From positions 51,680,134 to 51,744,133 of the forward strand of contig NW_027266343.1 of NCBI RefSeq assembly GCF_022045235.1: 64,000 nucleotides of DNA, in the 5' to 3' direction. The notes beneath the pieces were generated by a model. That model had not been told where the DNA came from and searched no databases. It saw only the letters and a program-made list of their open reading frames with translations. Within the stretch, counting starts at the first letter, position 1. The number at the start of each line of letters is the position of its first letter. The translations under genes were made by a program, and so were the position numbers. The stretch comes from Haliotis cracherodii. Its lineage: Eukaryota. This document shows positions 24,366-37,289 of the stretch, one piece after another.

Positions 24366-24971
24366 ACAACGAAAACACTCAAACATGTCTTTAAAGTGTA
24401 AGAGGAAGTTTTTGCCAAGAACTGATCCTAATTAAATCGTGTATTAGTATGGTTCTCTTATGACTGGCTTATACACTATTTCTAAAACATAACAAACAGG
24501 GAAGTTGGTCATGCAGATTGAAATACAGTCAGCTCCGGATATTTCGGGACTTCAAGTGACAATCAAAATCCTTCGTGGCAGCCCATATGATATATTCATG
24601 TGAAACATAAACTCGGGTAAGTGATATTTTGTGGGAGATATATCATGCGTAATATCACTCATGTTATCACCTTGTCCGTTTTCTCAGGAAACTTAATAAG
24701 CACATGTCAGTAGTTGACATCTTACCTTGCAGCGATAAACATGATCAAGTGTGTGGATATAGGTTGACAACAAGTATAAAGAAGCGTCTGTAAAATGAGG
24801 ATATTGTAGCTCTATTAGAGACATACTGATCTGCCCTTAAGAAACAATATCCCAATAACACGCATCAGTGACAAAAAATTATCAACACAAAGGAGATTGT
24901 ATTTGGTTAGCTATGAGAGTTAAATAAAGACACCTAGAACAGACATTATATAGACACCTAATACACATACA

Positions 24972-25155
24972 AGCTAAACAGTCTCGCTGACTTGGTTGTT
25001 GCATGTCATCGTATCCCTATTGCGTCGATCGATGCTCATGATGTAAATCACTGGATCGTCTGGTTCAGACTCGATTATTTACAGACCGCCGTCATATAGC
25101 TGGAATATTGTTGAGTGCGGCGTTAAATAACAAAGAAACAAAGAAACAAACAAGC
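24972..25155 (+). mobile_element. SINE family B copy, 5'-truncated, inserted into the 61-bp satellite
   Basis: agtctcgctgacttggttgttgcatgtcatcgtatccctattgcgtcgatcgatgctcatgatgtaaatcactggatcgtctggttcagactcgattatttacagaccgccgtcatatagctggaatattgttgagtgcggcgttaaataacaaagaaac. Satellite units lie on both sides. Confidence 0.8.
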
Positions 25156-26790
25156 TTAACACCTGATAGACGCCAAGAACAGACCTTATATAGACACCTA
25201 ATACAGAATGAAGCTAAACACCCAATAGACACCTAGAACAGACCTTATATAGACACCTAATACAGGTACAAGCTTAACACCTGATAGACGCCAAGAACAG
25301 ACCTTATATAGACACCTAATACAGAATGAAGCTAAACACCCGATAGACACCTAGAACAGACCTTATATAGACACCTAATACAGGTACAAGCTTAACACCT
25401 GATAGACACCAAGAACAGACCTCATATAGACACCTAATACAGAATCAAGCTAAACACCTGATAGACACCTAGAACAGATAGTTTATAGACACATAATACA
25501 GAATCAAGCTAACCGTCTCACAGACACCTAGAACAGACATTATATAGACACCAGTCTGGCGCCTAATACAGACACAGGTTAAACCCCCGGTAGACACCTA
25601 GAACAGACATAATATAGAGACCTAAAACAGATACTTGTAAGCTAAACACCTGATAGACACCTAAAACAAACATTATATAGACACAGGTCAGATGCCTAAT
25701 ACAGACACAGGTTAAACACCTGATAGACACCTACAACAGACATTATATAGACACCTAATACAGGTACAAGCTTAACACCTGATAGACATCTAGAACAGAT
25801 CTTATGTAGACACCTAATACAGATACAAGCTAAACACCGAATAGACACCTAGAACAGATCTTATATAGACACCTTATACAGATACAAGGTAAACACCCGA
25901 TAGACGCCTAGAACAGACATAATATAGAGACCTAAAACAGATACTTGTAAGCTAAACACCTGATAGACACCTAAAAAAACATTATATAGACACAGGTCAG
26001 ATGCCTAATACAGACACAGGTTAAACACCTGATAGACACCTACAACAGACATTATATAGACACCTAATACAGGTACAAGCTTAACACCTGATAGACACCT
26101 AGAACAGATCTTATTTAGACGCCTAATACAGATACAAGCTAAACACCCAATAGACACCTAGAACAGATCTTATATAGACACCTGATACAGATACAAACTT
26201 AACACCCGATAGACACCTAGAACAGACATTATATAGACACCTAATACACATACAAGCTAAACATCTATACCCACCTAAACAGATACTTGTAAGGTAAACA
26301 CCTGATAGACACCTAAAACAAACATTATATAGACACAGGTCAGATGCCTAATACAGACACAGGTTAAACACCTGATAGACACCTACAACAGACATTATAT
26401 AGACACCTGATACAGATACAAACTTAACACCCGATAGAAACCTAGAACAGACATTATATAGACACCTTATACAGATACAAACTTAACACATGATAGACAC
26501 TTAGATCAGACATGATATAGACACCTAATACACATACAAGCTAAACATCTATACCCACCTAGAGCATACATTATATAGACATCTAATATAGATACAAGCT
26601 TAACACATGATAGACACTTAGATCAGACATTATATAGACACCTAATACACATACAAGCTAAACATCTATACCCACCTAGAGCATACATTATATAGACATA
26701 TAATATAGATACAAGCTTAACACATGATAGACACCTAGAACAGACATTATATAGACGCCAAATACAGATACAAGCAATCACTTTTAGACG
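25150..26790. repeat. Satellite with a unit of about 61 bp (…ACACCTAGAACAGACATTATATAGACACCTAATACAGATACAAGCTAAACACCTGATAGAC…), about 27 copies, with internal sub-repeats of about 20 bp
   Basis: Visible periodicity. Each unit contains three related ACACCTNRNACAG sub-motifs. Confidence 0.9.
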
Positions 26791-26879
26791 TACATCCTTT
26801 TATACCGAAGAAAGCAACTGATCATATCGCCGGTATAATGGTTACTCCTGTTTTGGGAAAATAACATCGTTGTAAAAAT

Positions 26880-27130
26880 TGCTGTCAATTTTTTTATTTC
26901 AGTATTAATTTGGAAACGTAAACGAATTTTCACTTCACCTACGCGTTTCTTGTTTGGGAGAGAATATCTCGAAAATTCCCTTTCCTTTGTGTCTTGTACT
27001 TTAGAGAACTATGGTTTACAAGGGGTAACATGTTGCGAGCTTTTTTTCTAAAATGACAGCTGACGGTTTGTTGATGTCAGGATGACATATCACTTGCTGT
27101 GCTCCATCTGGTAGCAAGTAGAAAAAACTT
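26880..27130 (+). repeat. Direct repeat of about 250 bp, copy 1 (related copies at 27600-27870 and 47100-47250), ending in the conserved 70-bp hairpin motif
   Basis: gtttgggagagaatatctcgaaaattccctttcc...agctgacggtttgttgatgtcaggatgacatatcacttgctgtgctccatctggtagcaagtag. Confidence 0.7.
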
Positions 27131-27295
27131 TCCTAACATGTGGCAATTTCAATCAAGTTAGATATAATTAATACATGAACATATGCAGAATATTGATGAA
27201 ACACCATGCTACTTTTTATATAGTTGTTTTCCGCGCAGTGATACATCTGGATATTCATCAAATACCCAATTCCCTCCCACTGATTTACGACCGTC

Positions 27296-27560
27296 TCCGT
27301 GGTCCAGTGGATAGAGCGTCTGCTCGACGAGCGGAAGGTCGGGGTTCGATCGATGGCCACGTCATAACGAAAGACCTTAAAATATGGTAGTTCTTGTTAC
27401 CCTGTCTGCCGTTCGGTATTAAGGGGCTTAAACAAAGACTGGTTGGTTCGGAGTCAGTACACTGTGTGTGAGAGGGGTATTCATGTTAAACTGCGGTATA
27501 ATATCTCAACGGGTTGGGACTAAGAAATCCGCATTAGTCAGGACTAGTATAGGCGCGTGG
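27296..27560 (+). mobile_element. SINE family D full-length copy
   Basis: ccgtggtccagtggatagagcgtctgctcgacgagcggaaggtcggggttcgatc... (tRNA-like head), then ...ggtattaaggggcttaaacaaagactggttggttcggagtcagtacactgtgtgtgagaggggtattcatgttaaactgcgg. Confidence 0.75.
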
Positions 27561-27599
27561 GTATTGCTTACAGTTCGTTTTCCACAAACCAACGTTGCA

Positions 27600-27870
27600 A
27601 AAGTCATCAAAACAATAATATTTAACAGTAACGTTTGTAAAATTCAATACTATTTAATTCAAATAAACTATATTTCCACAAACCACTTTACACATACGTT
27701 TTCTGTTTGGGTGATTATCTGTCGAAGATACCCCTTCCATTGAGTACTTTACTAAACAGATATTGATCACAAGAGGCAAAATGTTGACGTATCAGCCAGC
27801 TGACGGTTTGTTGGTGTCAGGATGACATATCTCTTTCTGTACACCATCTGGTAGCACGTGGAAACAATTA
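27600..27870 (+). repeat. Direct repeat of about 250 bp, copy 2
   Basis: gttttctgtttgggtgattatctgtcgaagataccccttcc...cagctgacggtttgttggtgtcaggatgacatatctctttctgtacaccatctggtagcacgtgg. Confidence 0.7.
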
Positions 27871-28149
27871 GACTACAGCTGGTTGATTACCAAGCATATA
27901 AGTGAGTCGTCAGTTGTTCTTTAGAATGGGTTTGCTTTTCAAAAAGGTGTTACGTGTATCTCAACAGAGACAATGTAACACAGTTATAATCATTGGTAAA
28001 CGATATAACCATTGGTAAATGATAAAATACACTGTCATTAAACAAGGGTGAATATGTTATTGAATGTAGGATTGGTGGAGAATAATGTCAGAGCGTTTGT
28101 GTACATATCATGTGATGTTCATTTGCAATACTAGGGCATGCGTTAGGAT

Positions 28150-28330
28150 ATTCTATATTGGTTCTTTTTATGATTTATATAAAGTATGAGTGTAGGTATT
28201 ACGGTATGCTATATCAATTATCAGTGGTGTTGGTGTGTATTTATTAGGGTATGCTATATTATTATCAGTGGTGTAGGCGTGTTTATATCAGCGTATGCGA
28301 TATCAAATAATATTGGTGGAGGCGTGTATA
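28150..28330. repeat. Satellite array with a 45-bp unit (GTGTATATATTAGGGTATGCTATATCAATTATCAGTGGTGTAGGC), about 4 units
   Basis: The same unit forms arrays at 29830-29935, 30470-30720 and 33120-34350. Confidence 0.85.
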
Positions 28331-28449
28331 AACTAGCGTCCCAAAAAAACTTGGCAACTTAAAAAATGAAATTATTGAAACACAGATACTTTCACCCAAA
28401 CGTAACCAAGCCAAAACCAGTCGCCTACACCCATCGAATAAAACCTCGT

Positions 28450-29600
28450 GCAATTACTGAAGTGTAGTGCACGTGTTTTTGTGTGAAAGTGATTTTGGAA
28501 GTAAAATCATTATTCGCGTTTTTTTAAAATTGCACGTGAACAATCGCGAGAAAAACTGCAAAGTTTATCTCTTAGAGATGCAGTATGACGAAAAAACACC
28601 AATGCCCAGGTTAACACAAGAACAGCGTGAGAGGGCTATAGGAATGCAACACAGTCGCATGTTGCAAGAACATTCAACTGCTCCCGTAATACCGTTGTCA
28701 ACTTGGTCCAGCGATTGGGAGTAACAGGTCGCACATCAGACAGGCCAAGAACAGACCCGTGAAGACCCATGAAGATCTCTACCTACGCTCATTGCACCTG
28801 CGTAATCGATTCCTACCTGTGACGTCATCGGCAGCGAATGCGTTGGGTCGTGTGGTCAGCAGGCAGACAATAGCCAGAAGACAAAGGGCAGCAGGGATCA
28901 GAGCCTATAGACCTTACAGAGGGCAACTGTTGACAAATGAACATCGTCGTCGAAGACTGCGATGGGCGCAAACAGTTAGGCGTTGGCAACGACGTGATTG
29001 GCAGCGTGTCCTCTTCACTGACGAGAGTAGGTTCTGTATGTTCCATTCTGATGGCAGACACCATGTGTATCGTCGTGGAGGCGAACTTACTGCTCGTTGT
29101 TGTGTCGAAGAGGTCGTACCCTTCGGTGGTATGAGTGTCATGGTGTGGGGTGGCATTTGTGCTGATGAGAGGACGCCATTGGTCATCATTAACGGTAACT
29201 TGAATGACGTACGCTACAGGGATGAGATTTTACGCGTTGTTGTGCTTCCATTTCTTCGTCAACAACCACAGGGTATTGTGTTCCAGTATGACAATGCTAG
29301 GCCACATACTGTTAACATTGTGCAAAACTTTCAACAATTCCCATGTGTTGCCCTGGCCAGTTCGTTCACCAGCCCTTAATCCCATAGAACACCTTTGGGA
29401 TTTCATGGACAGGCAAATTCGACGACGACAACAACCTCCAACCACCAGGAATGAACTCATCCAGGCCCTCCACGAAGAATGACGACGCATCCCACGTGAC
29501 GTCATCAGGCGATTGACAAATTCAGCTCGTAGGAGAGTGTTTGCCTGCCTTCAAGCCAATGGAGGTCACACACGCTACTAGGGTGACACAAACCCCATCT
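28450..29600 (+). mobile_element. Tc1-like DD34E transposase element, frame-shifted pseudogene
   Basis: The translation pieces are MPRLTQEQRERAIGM..., NCSRNTVVNLVQRLGVTGRTSDRPR..., ...QRRDWQRVLFTDESRFCMFHSDGRHHVYRRGGE...GGMSVMVWGGI...LNDVRYRDEIL...FQYDNARPHT... and ...LPWPVRSPALNPIEHLWDFMDRQIRRR.... The DDE signature is spread across three frames. Confidence 0.85.
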
Positions 29601-29829
29601 ATAGTCATTTTGTGCCGAGCAAGTCATTTGCACGTGTAATGAAAAACTGTTTTGCATACCCCACCTGAACATTACCAGCCATATTTAAGTCGCTTGTCAT
29701 GTTATTGTTATGACTTTCCGCCTAAGGTTGTGGTAAATATTCATGTTTACAATACAGTTTATTCTGATCGTTTATGTTTTGGTGTTGTTTCGCTATCGAA
29801 CTTCAAATAAGCTGCCAAGTTTCTTTTGG

Positions 29830-29935
29830 ACGGTAGTTTATTTTAGGGTATACTATATGAATTGCCAGTTGTGTAGGCGTGTATATATTAGGGTATGCCA
29901 CATAAATTGTCAGTGGTGTAGGAAGTTTGGGAAAC
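29830..29935. repeat. 45-bp satellite, short array
   Basis: gggtatactatatgaattgccagttgtgtaggcgtgtatatattagggtatgccacataaattgtcagtggtgtagg. Confidence 0.8.
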
Positions 29936-30469
29936 AGGTGGAAATCACTTGGAGCCAGGTCTGCCAAGTATGGAGGATGAGGAATTATATCGCACAACAG
30001 CCTTTGCAAGTCGAGAGGTGTGAGAAGAGGCATTGTCATGAAGTAGAACCCCTCGCCGCTTTTTTTGATAGAATCTCTCAGGCGATGAAGCAAATCAGCA
30101 TATTAGGCACCGGTAATCGTCTTATGACTTTCTAAGTAAACAACAAGGATCACATCACTGAGTACAGTGGCCCTGACTTTCTTCACTGATCTTGAAGACA
30201 TGAATTTCTTTAGTGCCGGAGAAGGGGAATGGTGTCATTCCATGTATTGACGTTTTGACTAGGGATATAAGTGGTAAACACATTTTTTGTCATCCGTTAC
30301 TAATGTCTTTTGAAGTTTGACAAAATCCTCCGCCATTAGCTCTTAATAGTCTCAGGCAATGTCAGTTCATTTTTCTTTAAGATCAGAGTTTAGAAACTTG
30401 GGCACCAAACGAGCAGGTATCTTATTCATCTGTAAGTGTTCGTGAATAAATGTTTCAATCGATCCATGG

Positions 30470-30720
30470 CTAAGACATGTGTTAAATTATTAGTGGTGTA
30501 GGCGTGTATATATTAGGGTATACTACATCAATTATCAGTGATGTAGGCGTGTATATATTGGAGTATACTATATCAATTATAAGCAGTGTAGGGGTGTATA
30601 TATTTGGGAATGCTTTATCAATTATCAGTGGTGTAGGGGTGTATATATTGGGGTATGGTATATCAATTATCAGTGGTGTAGGCGTGTATCTATTTTGGTA
30701 TGCTATATCAATTCTGTCTC
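30470..30720. repeat. 45-bp satellite array of about 5 units
   Basis: agtggtgtaggcgtgtatatattagggtatactacatcaattatc... repeated. Confidence 0.85.
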
Positions 30721-31969
30721 GCTGTTACGAGTCCTCGTAATCACGTGAGAAGCGCGAGAGGTCACGAGTGGTCATTGTGCGCTTGGTAACGAGAGGGAAA
30801 CACGAAATCGTGTTACTCGCGACAGTATTTCGAGATTGTTCAGATGTTACACACTTGTAACAGTAAAGTAACCTTTCGGGACCGTTTTCAATGTTGTGGT
30901 AAGGGCTGTCAACAAATGTGTGAATCACATGAGACGTTTTGCCGTCGTGAATGTCCGCCATTTTGTCTTCCGAGTTTGACTTCGCAACGGCGATTTTCCC
31001 AGTCAAGATGAACTCGGGAAAGAAAACTAACACTAAACGATCATCTGTTACAAAAACAGTAGATCCCAGTCACAAAGATGATGTCCAGACTGGACCGGTA
31101 CCGGGTACTAGCAAAACTTCTTACATGGAAATGACCCACGTTGGACTGTAACACTGTCACTGATTGTTCAACGTGGTCGAACACGACTGATATGTAGAAA
31201 AAGGTGTTAATTCTACAACAGTTAAAACAAATGAATGACAAAATGACTTTGATGATGCACCTAGTTGAGAATTCCCTGGATTACGAGTCTGCTCCAGATA
31301 GGATTGAAACAAGATAGAAGTATAGGAAAACTAAAGTCAAATCTCAAATTGATGATATCCTCGCGGATACTACCCCGACAGAAAAGGATATTGCTTCATC
31401 CAATTTTCTGCAAGGTTTTGAACAAGATTACGAACTGGGTGTTGAAACGGGGCCGAAAATAAGTGGAAAGTTGGCTAGCCTCATCAACACTGTGCGAGAG
31501 AAGAAAGTTTCCGAAGAGAAAATAAAGGCTGCGTTGGACAAATGCCAAATTTCAATGGTCCCGCCATTGGTAAATAAGGAAGTTTAGGACAACCAAGATT
31601 CCGAGATAGCGTTCCTGTCATATCTGTTGTGGAGATGTTTCTATCAATACAAAAGAAAGAGATTGACTTTAGCGCAGTTAGTCCAACTGACATGTTCAAG
31701 AAAACTTTTGATACGATAGCTCTTGTGATCTGTGCCAATTCGAAATTGAATCAGAGATGGCGTGATGTTATCAGACCAGCCCTCAGTAGGTGGTATTGAC
31801 AGTTATGTTCTCAATATCCTGGAAGGATAAGTATATTTATGCCTTTCATCCTTTCAATTGTATTGGGAGGTGTTTCCAAAAGATGAAAGATATTGTACAG
31901 AAGGAACATGTGTGGTTCCAATGAGGACAACTCAAGTGTGGCTTTCGAAGTTGACAGGCATGTTAATTG

Positions 31970-32880
31970 ATTGTCCTTTTCTTGTTCACAGAGACCCTAT
32001 CCTGGCCACAAATCAGCGAGAAAACCTTCAGCCTGCCAAAGACAAGACTGTGTGCATGTAGCCTGTAAATGGACTCATTGCAGAGCAGGACATATTGAGT
32101 GCATGGCTCATTATGCAGTCATGGAAGAAGTCCACAAAGAAGCAGTACAGCCTTTACATCAGACAGTACATGAATATTGCCGTGAACAGAATACAGATCT
32201 CTTTTCACCATCTGTGGGAGTGGTTTTAGATTTCCTGACTCTGCTGTATAACAAGGGATTAGGTTACTATGCTATCAACACTACTGGAGCGGCGCTATCT
32301 AAAAGCGTTTTCAGAGAGAAGGGACAGGCAATAGGGACTCATCCTGTTATGAGATAACTTAAAGGTGTGTTTCAGTTACGACCCGCACTTCCTGAATGTT
32401 AAGTGACATGGGATACAGATTTTGTACTCTTTTATTTCAAGAGGTTGTCACCATCGGAGATCTCTCACTGAAATGTCTTACTTTAAAATTAGTTATGCTT
32501 TAAGCCTTGTTATCAGAACAAATGTCCAATCGGTTCAGTGTTTGGATTTGAGAAATATACCTATTAAGCCCTCAAAGTTTAGTGTGAGAATAGGTGACTT
32601 GATAAACACCTCTTGGCCAGGTAGATATTTACAGGAAGTTGTACAACCAGCATTTCCTCCAGATCGGAGGTTGTGTATAGTTACAGTATTACGGGAATAT
32701 ATTGCCCTAGTTGTACTAGTATGTTTATCAGAATCCCTTCAAGGCAGTTACACGAGCAACAATCTCGAGATGGATTTGGCAGGGATTGTATATGGCAGGA
32801 GTTGACATGTCCATCTTTACTCCACATTCCACTGGGGCAGCATCGACTTCAGCTGCTAGGATACAGACTATTATGAAATG
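31970..32880 (+). mobile_element. Tyrosine-recombinase retroelement/transposon fragment (Crypton- or DIRS-like), degenerate
   Basis: The translation gives ...GVVLDFLTLLYNKGLGYYAINTTGAALSKSVF... (N-terminal SAM-like core-binding domain), ...VQCLDLRNIPIKPSKFSVRIGDLINTSWPGRYLQEVVQPAFPPDRRLCIVTVLREYIALV... and, in another frame, ...SIFTPHSTGAASTSAA... (a catalytic-region HSTR-like motif). The ORF is broken by frameshifts. Confidence 0.55.
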
Positions 32881-33119
32881 TGTTGGATGGTGAAAGGAAT
32901 CTCTTTTTGCAAAATATTACAAGAATATATAATCGAAACAAGGGGGAAGTTCTGTGGATGAGAAAAGTGAAATGAATTCCAATAAATTTCAAGTGTTGGA
33001 AGAATTTGTTTGCTTCCTTTTTTATTCTATTGCTCATGTTCCTTCGTACTCTGCACAACACAGCACAACAAAATTACAATCAAACTTCACCTTCATGTAA
33101 TGCTCCTTTACTTTTTCAA

Positions 33120-34350
33120 TTGTCTGGCCTATAAGCATTTATATATATTAGGGTATGTTGTATCAAATATCAGCGGTGTAGGTATGTATATATTAGGTTA
33201 TTCTATATCAATTATCAGGGGTGTAGGAATGTTTATATTATGGTATTCTATTTGAATTATCACTGATGTATGCATGTTTATATTAGGGTATCCTATGTCA
33301 AATATCAGGGGTGTAGGAATGTATATATTAGGGTATGCTATGCAGTGTTAGAGGCGTATATATAGTAGGGTATGCTATATTAATTATCTGTGGTGTGGGC
33401 GTGTATATATTGGGGTATGCTATGCAGTGTCGTAGGCGTATATATACATAAAGGTATGATATATCAATTATCAGTGGTATAGGCGTGTATATATTAGGGT
33501 ATGCTATATCAATTATCAGTGGTGTAGGCGGGTTTATAATTATGTATATATTAGGTTTTGTAATATCAAATATTAGGTGTGTAGGCATGTATATATTAGA
33601 GTATGCTATGCAGTGTTAGAGGCGTATATATAGTAGGGTATGCTATATCAATTATCTGTGGTGTGGGCGTGTATATATTGGGGTATGCTATGCAGTGTTG
33701 TAGGCGTATATATACATAAAGGTATGATATATCAATTATCAGTGGTATAGGCGTGTATATATTAGGGTATGCTATATCAATTATCAGTGGTGTAGGCGGG
33801 TATATAATTATGTATATATTAGGTTTTGTAATATCAAATATTAGGTTGTAGGCATATATATATTAGAGTATGCCATGCAGTGTTAGAGGCGTATATATAG
33901 TAGGGTATGCTATATCAATTATCAGTGGTGTAGGCGGGTATATAATTAAGTATATATTAGGTTTTGTAATATCAATTATTAGGTTTGTAGGCATGTATAT
34001 ATTAGGGTATGCTATGCAGTGTTGTAGGCGTATATATATTAGGAAATGCTATATCCATTATCAGTTGTGTTGACTTGAATACATTTATATATGCAATTTC
34101 AATTATCAGTTGTGTAGGCATGTATATATCACGTTATATAATAGGGTATGCTGTATCAATTATCAAGGGTGTAGGCGTGTAGATATTAGGCTGTCATATA
34201 TCAATTATTAGTGGTGTAGGCTTGTATATATTAGGGTATGCTAAATCAATTATATGCGGTGTAGGCGTGGCGTGTATATATTAGGGTATGCTATACCACT
34301 TATTAGTGGTGTAGGCGTGTCTATATTAGGGTATGCTATATCAATTATCA
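33120..34350. repeat. 45-bp satellite, main array of about 27 units, with partly diverged units
   Basis: The long run of ...attagggtatgctatatcaattatcagtggtgtaggcgtgtatat... is visible across 33120-34350. Confidence 0.9.
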
Positions 34351-34351
34351 G

Positions 34352-34543
34352 TCATTCCTTATGTCTTAAATTCATGACAGGTTCTTTGTCTCTTTGAAAC
34401 TGTAAACTCCTTCCCTCAAATTTCACATAGGTGTTATCAATAAGGAAGTCCAGCATTTCACATTTCGTTCTCATGACGTTTGCTTTCAATTGCACTTTTT
34501 CGAAACTTTGAACATAGAGATGTAAACATATCGTTGGTAACAA
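34352..34543 (-). mobile_element. Retroelement reverse-transcriptase fragment
   Basis: The minus-strand peptide ...KCEMLDFLIDNTYVKFEGRSLQFQ... has the same ETLDFLIDN..V.F motif as 52128-52319. I recall this as lying just upstream of the G.P.G..APLLADLFL RT motif in invertebrate retroelements. Confidence 0.45.
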
Positions 34544-35052
34544 CGTTTTGTAACAGATGCCCCATGGATCAAGAAATGCATTTTGGCGTCCGGATTTTCA
34601 CAATTATTTTCCTTCAAACACACATTCATTATCCCGAGGAAAAAGTTGGTTATTATCGAATAAGCAAGCATGTTTTACACACTTTATGTGATTATTGTGA
34701 GACCTTATATCTTCTGTTCTTGTCCCCCATTACAGGGTCATGCCGAAGGTCACAAAATTGCATGATAACAAATACAGGATGAAAATATTTGCATGAAAGA
34801 AAATAATTTTATTCGGACACGAAACATTTCAAAACTGGAATTTCAAATTAGGTCAATGGTTATTATTCAAAACCAACTTTCATATCGTGACTGAGTGTTT
34901 AGTAAGTACATAGCTGTTACATAGCAGCGTAGGTTTACCTTAAGTTAATTTGTCCGACCTTGTGAAACCCTGTTCGTGAACATCTGGTGCTGTCCCTCAT
35001 TTTTATATTATTTTCACGACCATTTCGTCATTTACACCAAATGGAATCTGGG

Positions 35053-35328
35053 GGCACGGGTGGCCAAGTCGTCTAAGGCGCCGCGATTCGCTGTGCAGAG
35101 TTGCGTCCCTTGGGTACGTCAGAAACCTATGATTGTGGGTTCGAATCCCGGTTCGCCCCGATTATGTTTCTAGATTTGTCAGCACCATACCCGTGCTCGT
35201 GGGTTTCACCGAAGTGGTAAACGTCTGAAACCTGCATCACTTCGGGCTTTCCTCCCACATTAAGCTGACACGCCGCGATATAACTGGAATACTGTTAAAA
35301 GCGGCGTAAAACCCAACTCACTCGCCAA
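35053..35328 (+). mobile_element. SINE family A copy with intact target-site duplication
   Basis: The full unit is flanked by CCAAATGGAATCTG (5') and CCAAAATGGAATCTG (3'). Confidence 0.85.
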
Positions 35329-37289
35329 AATGGAATCTGTTTCTCCAGAAAGTTGAGACTGATTATTCTCTGGCATTGACGTTTCATATTTGGTTCATAC
35401 TTACTCCCTCAACTCTAGGAATATATCAAGTCCTATATCAAGTAAACTATCAACATGAACTGTTAATGTTGTTAACAACATATTTTATTAATTACGTAAG
35501 TATTTCGGATTTCTACCTTCAATGGATAGCCCAGTAATAGACAGTAATAAAGAAAAGCCGCATTGATTTTGAAACTTGAAGAAAGTGACATAACATTGAC
35601 TTTGGAGTTAAAGTTCTGTGTAAACGTTGGCTATGTAAATTGTGAGAAGGTACGTTAGACACTACTTGTCAACATATCAACATAACTATGACGTTTTCAT
35701 TAGTTTGTTCCTTACAGACACTGTACTCACTAATGACAAAAGAAACGAACATGTTGTAAGTGTAGAAAGGTTTATTGACAAAACAATGCCCCTACACTTT
35801 TTTTGCATTCTGTAATTCTCGGATAACGTGGTTTCCGATATCAGCTCATCCTGAAAATATAAGGCGAATTCAGATTAGCAAATGAATTACTTCATTCACC
35901 CAAACGCACATACACATACAGGTACAGACAAAGTCATACACGAGATCGCAAACACCAAACTTTAAACGCTGGCATATAATTGACTCTAGTAGGATCCATC
36001 ACATGGACACGGAAGTTGTATGTCTGTTACTTGAATTTGTTCATACTTGAATAGTTTCATATCTTAAGTAATAACAATGCTTTGATAAAAGTTGACAATA
36101 TCTTGTAGATCAAATATCGCTGGAACCTTGAACTGTTTTGTGCAAATAATCACTCGCTAACAATTACTATACATTTAATTTGCCACTTTCAAACAAAGGA
36201 TGAACAAATAGCTTGTCCCATACAGTATACAAAAACACAGTTACACTGAAGGGAAGAAACGTCTTGGCTCAGGGCGTTTTACTGGAATCAACAAAACATA
36301 ACATACCGTCATCGAATCCCGCTCATGTGCAGCTGTGATATGAAAACCAGAAAATATGCATCTGAATTACAATTTAACGTTTAACGAAAGAGTCGGTAAA
36401 TTATATAAGCGGTCTTCTCCTCTAAACACATCTGACACATCTAATTGTATAAACTGATTTTTTTGATAACCCTTATTCGAAATTATTAAGTGGATATTTT
36501 TGACGGATATTAAGATTGGACTATTTACAATCACAATTCAGTCATACAAAGCAAGCTTTTAAGCTGTTTGGAAGTGCAATAGATGTAACAAGAAAGATTA
36601 TAATGTTCAACTCTATGTTCAATTAGTAATTAATTACTTGGTCGTTGTTGTTGCTGGATGTGTTATAAAGGAAATGCGTCAGTTACTAAGCCATTTTAAC
36701 AATTCATACCAGAATGTTGGATTACACGCAATAGACGGGCATGAAGAAGGAGTCGACATGGTGTATGTTAGCGATCCAACAAAAGTAAATGATGTAGCAT
36801 TGTAGATCTCAATATCCCTGAAAGAAGAAATCTCCATTTAGTCACCTTCAATCTACCCGATTGAAGAAACTGAGGAAAGTAGGTCAACATGTGGACTGTG
36901 CAAATGATACTGATTCCTCAAATTAATGTTATGTTATATAACTTATTCCAACGCTCAAAACAGTCAACAACAAATTGAATGAATGCACCCTGATAACCAA
37001 AGGCGCATCTTAGTTCGCCTTGGGGAGCTTATCGTGAGTACAATCGACTTAAACAATTGGATGCAGCTTCTCCAAGGTTCACCCTGACCTCTAAGATACA
37101 TGTATGTCCAACAGTTTGACAGTACATGCCAAGCCTGACACCAAGATGCCTCCTTCCCAGCTACCTCTCTCATATCCAATCTGAAATCTAGTTCATTACC
37201 AACGCAACCATACTGGTATGGTGAGGTTCCTTCTAAGAATATCTAGCAGTTACGTTCCAATCCAGAACGTCTGCCTCTGACTCAACGAA

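Noticed and set aside
25150-26790. Regular repeat arrays (61-bp, 45-bp, 38-bp, 23-bp) as possible CRISPR arrays
   Set aside because: The units are contiguous with no unique spacers. This is eukaryotic intron-containing DNA, so these are satellites.
30725-31462. ORFs of 102, 66 and 65 aa between the satellite arrays and the tyrosine-recombinase fragment
   Set aside because: No recognisable domain. They are possibly degraded upstream ORFs of the YR element, but I could not support that.
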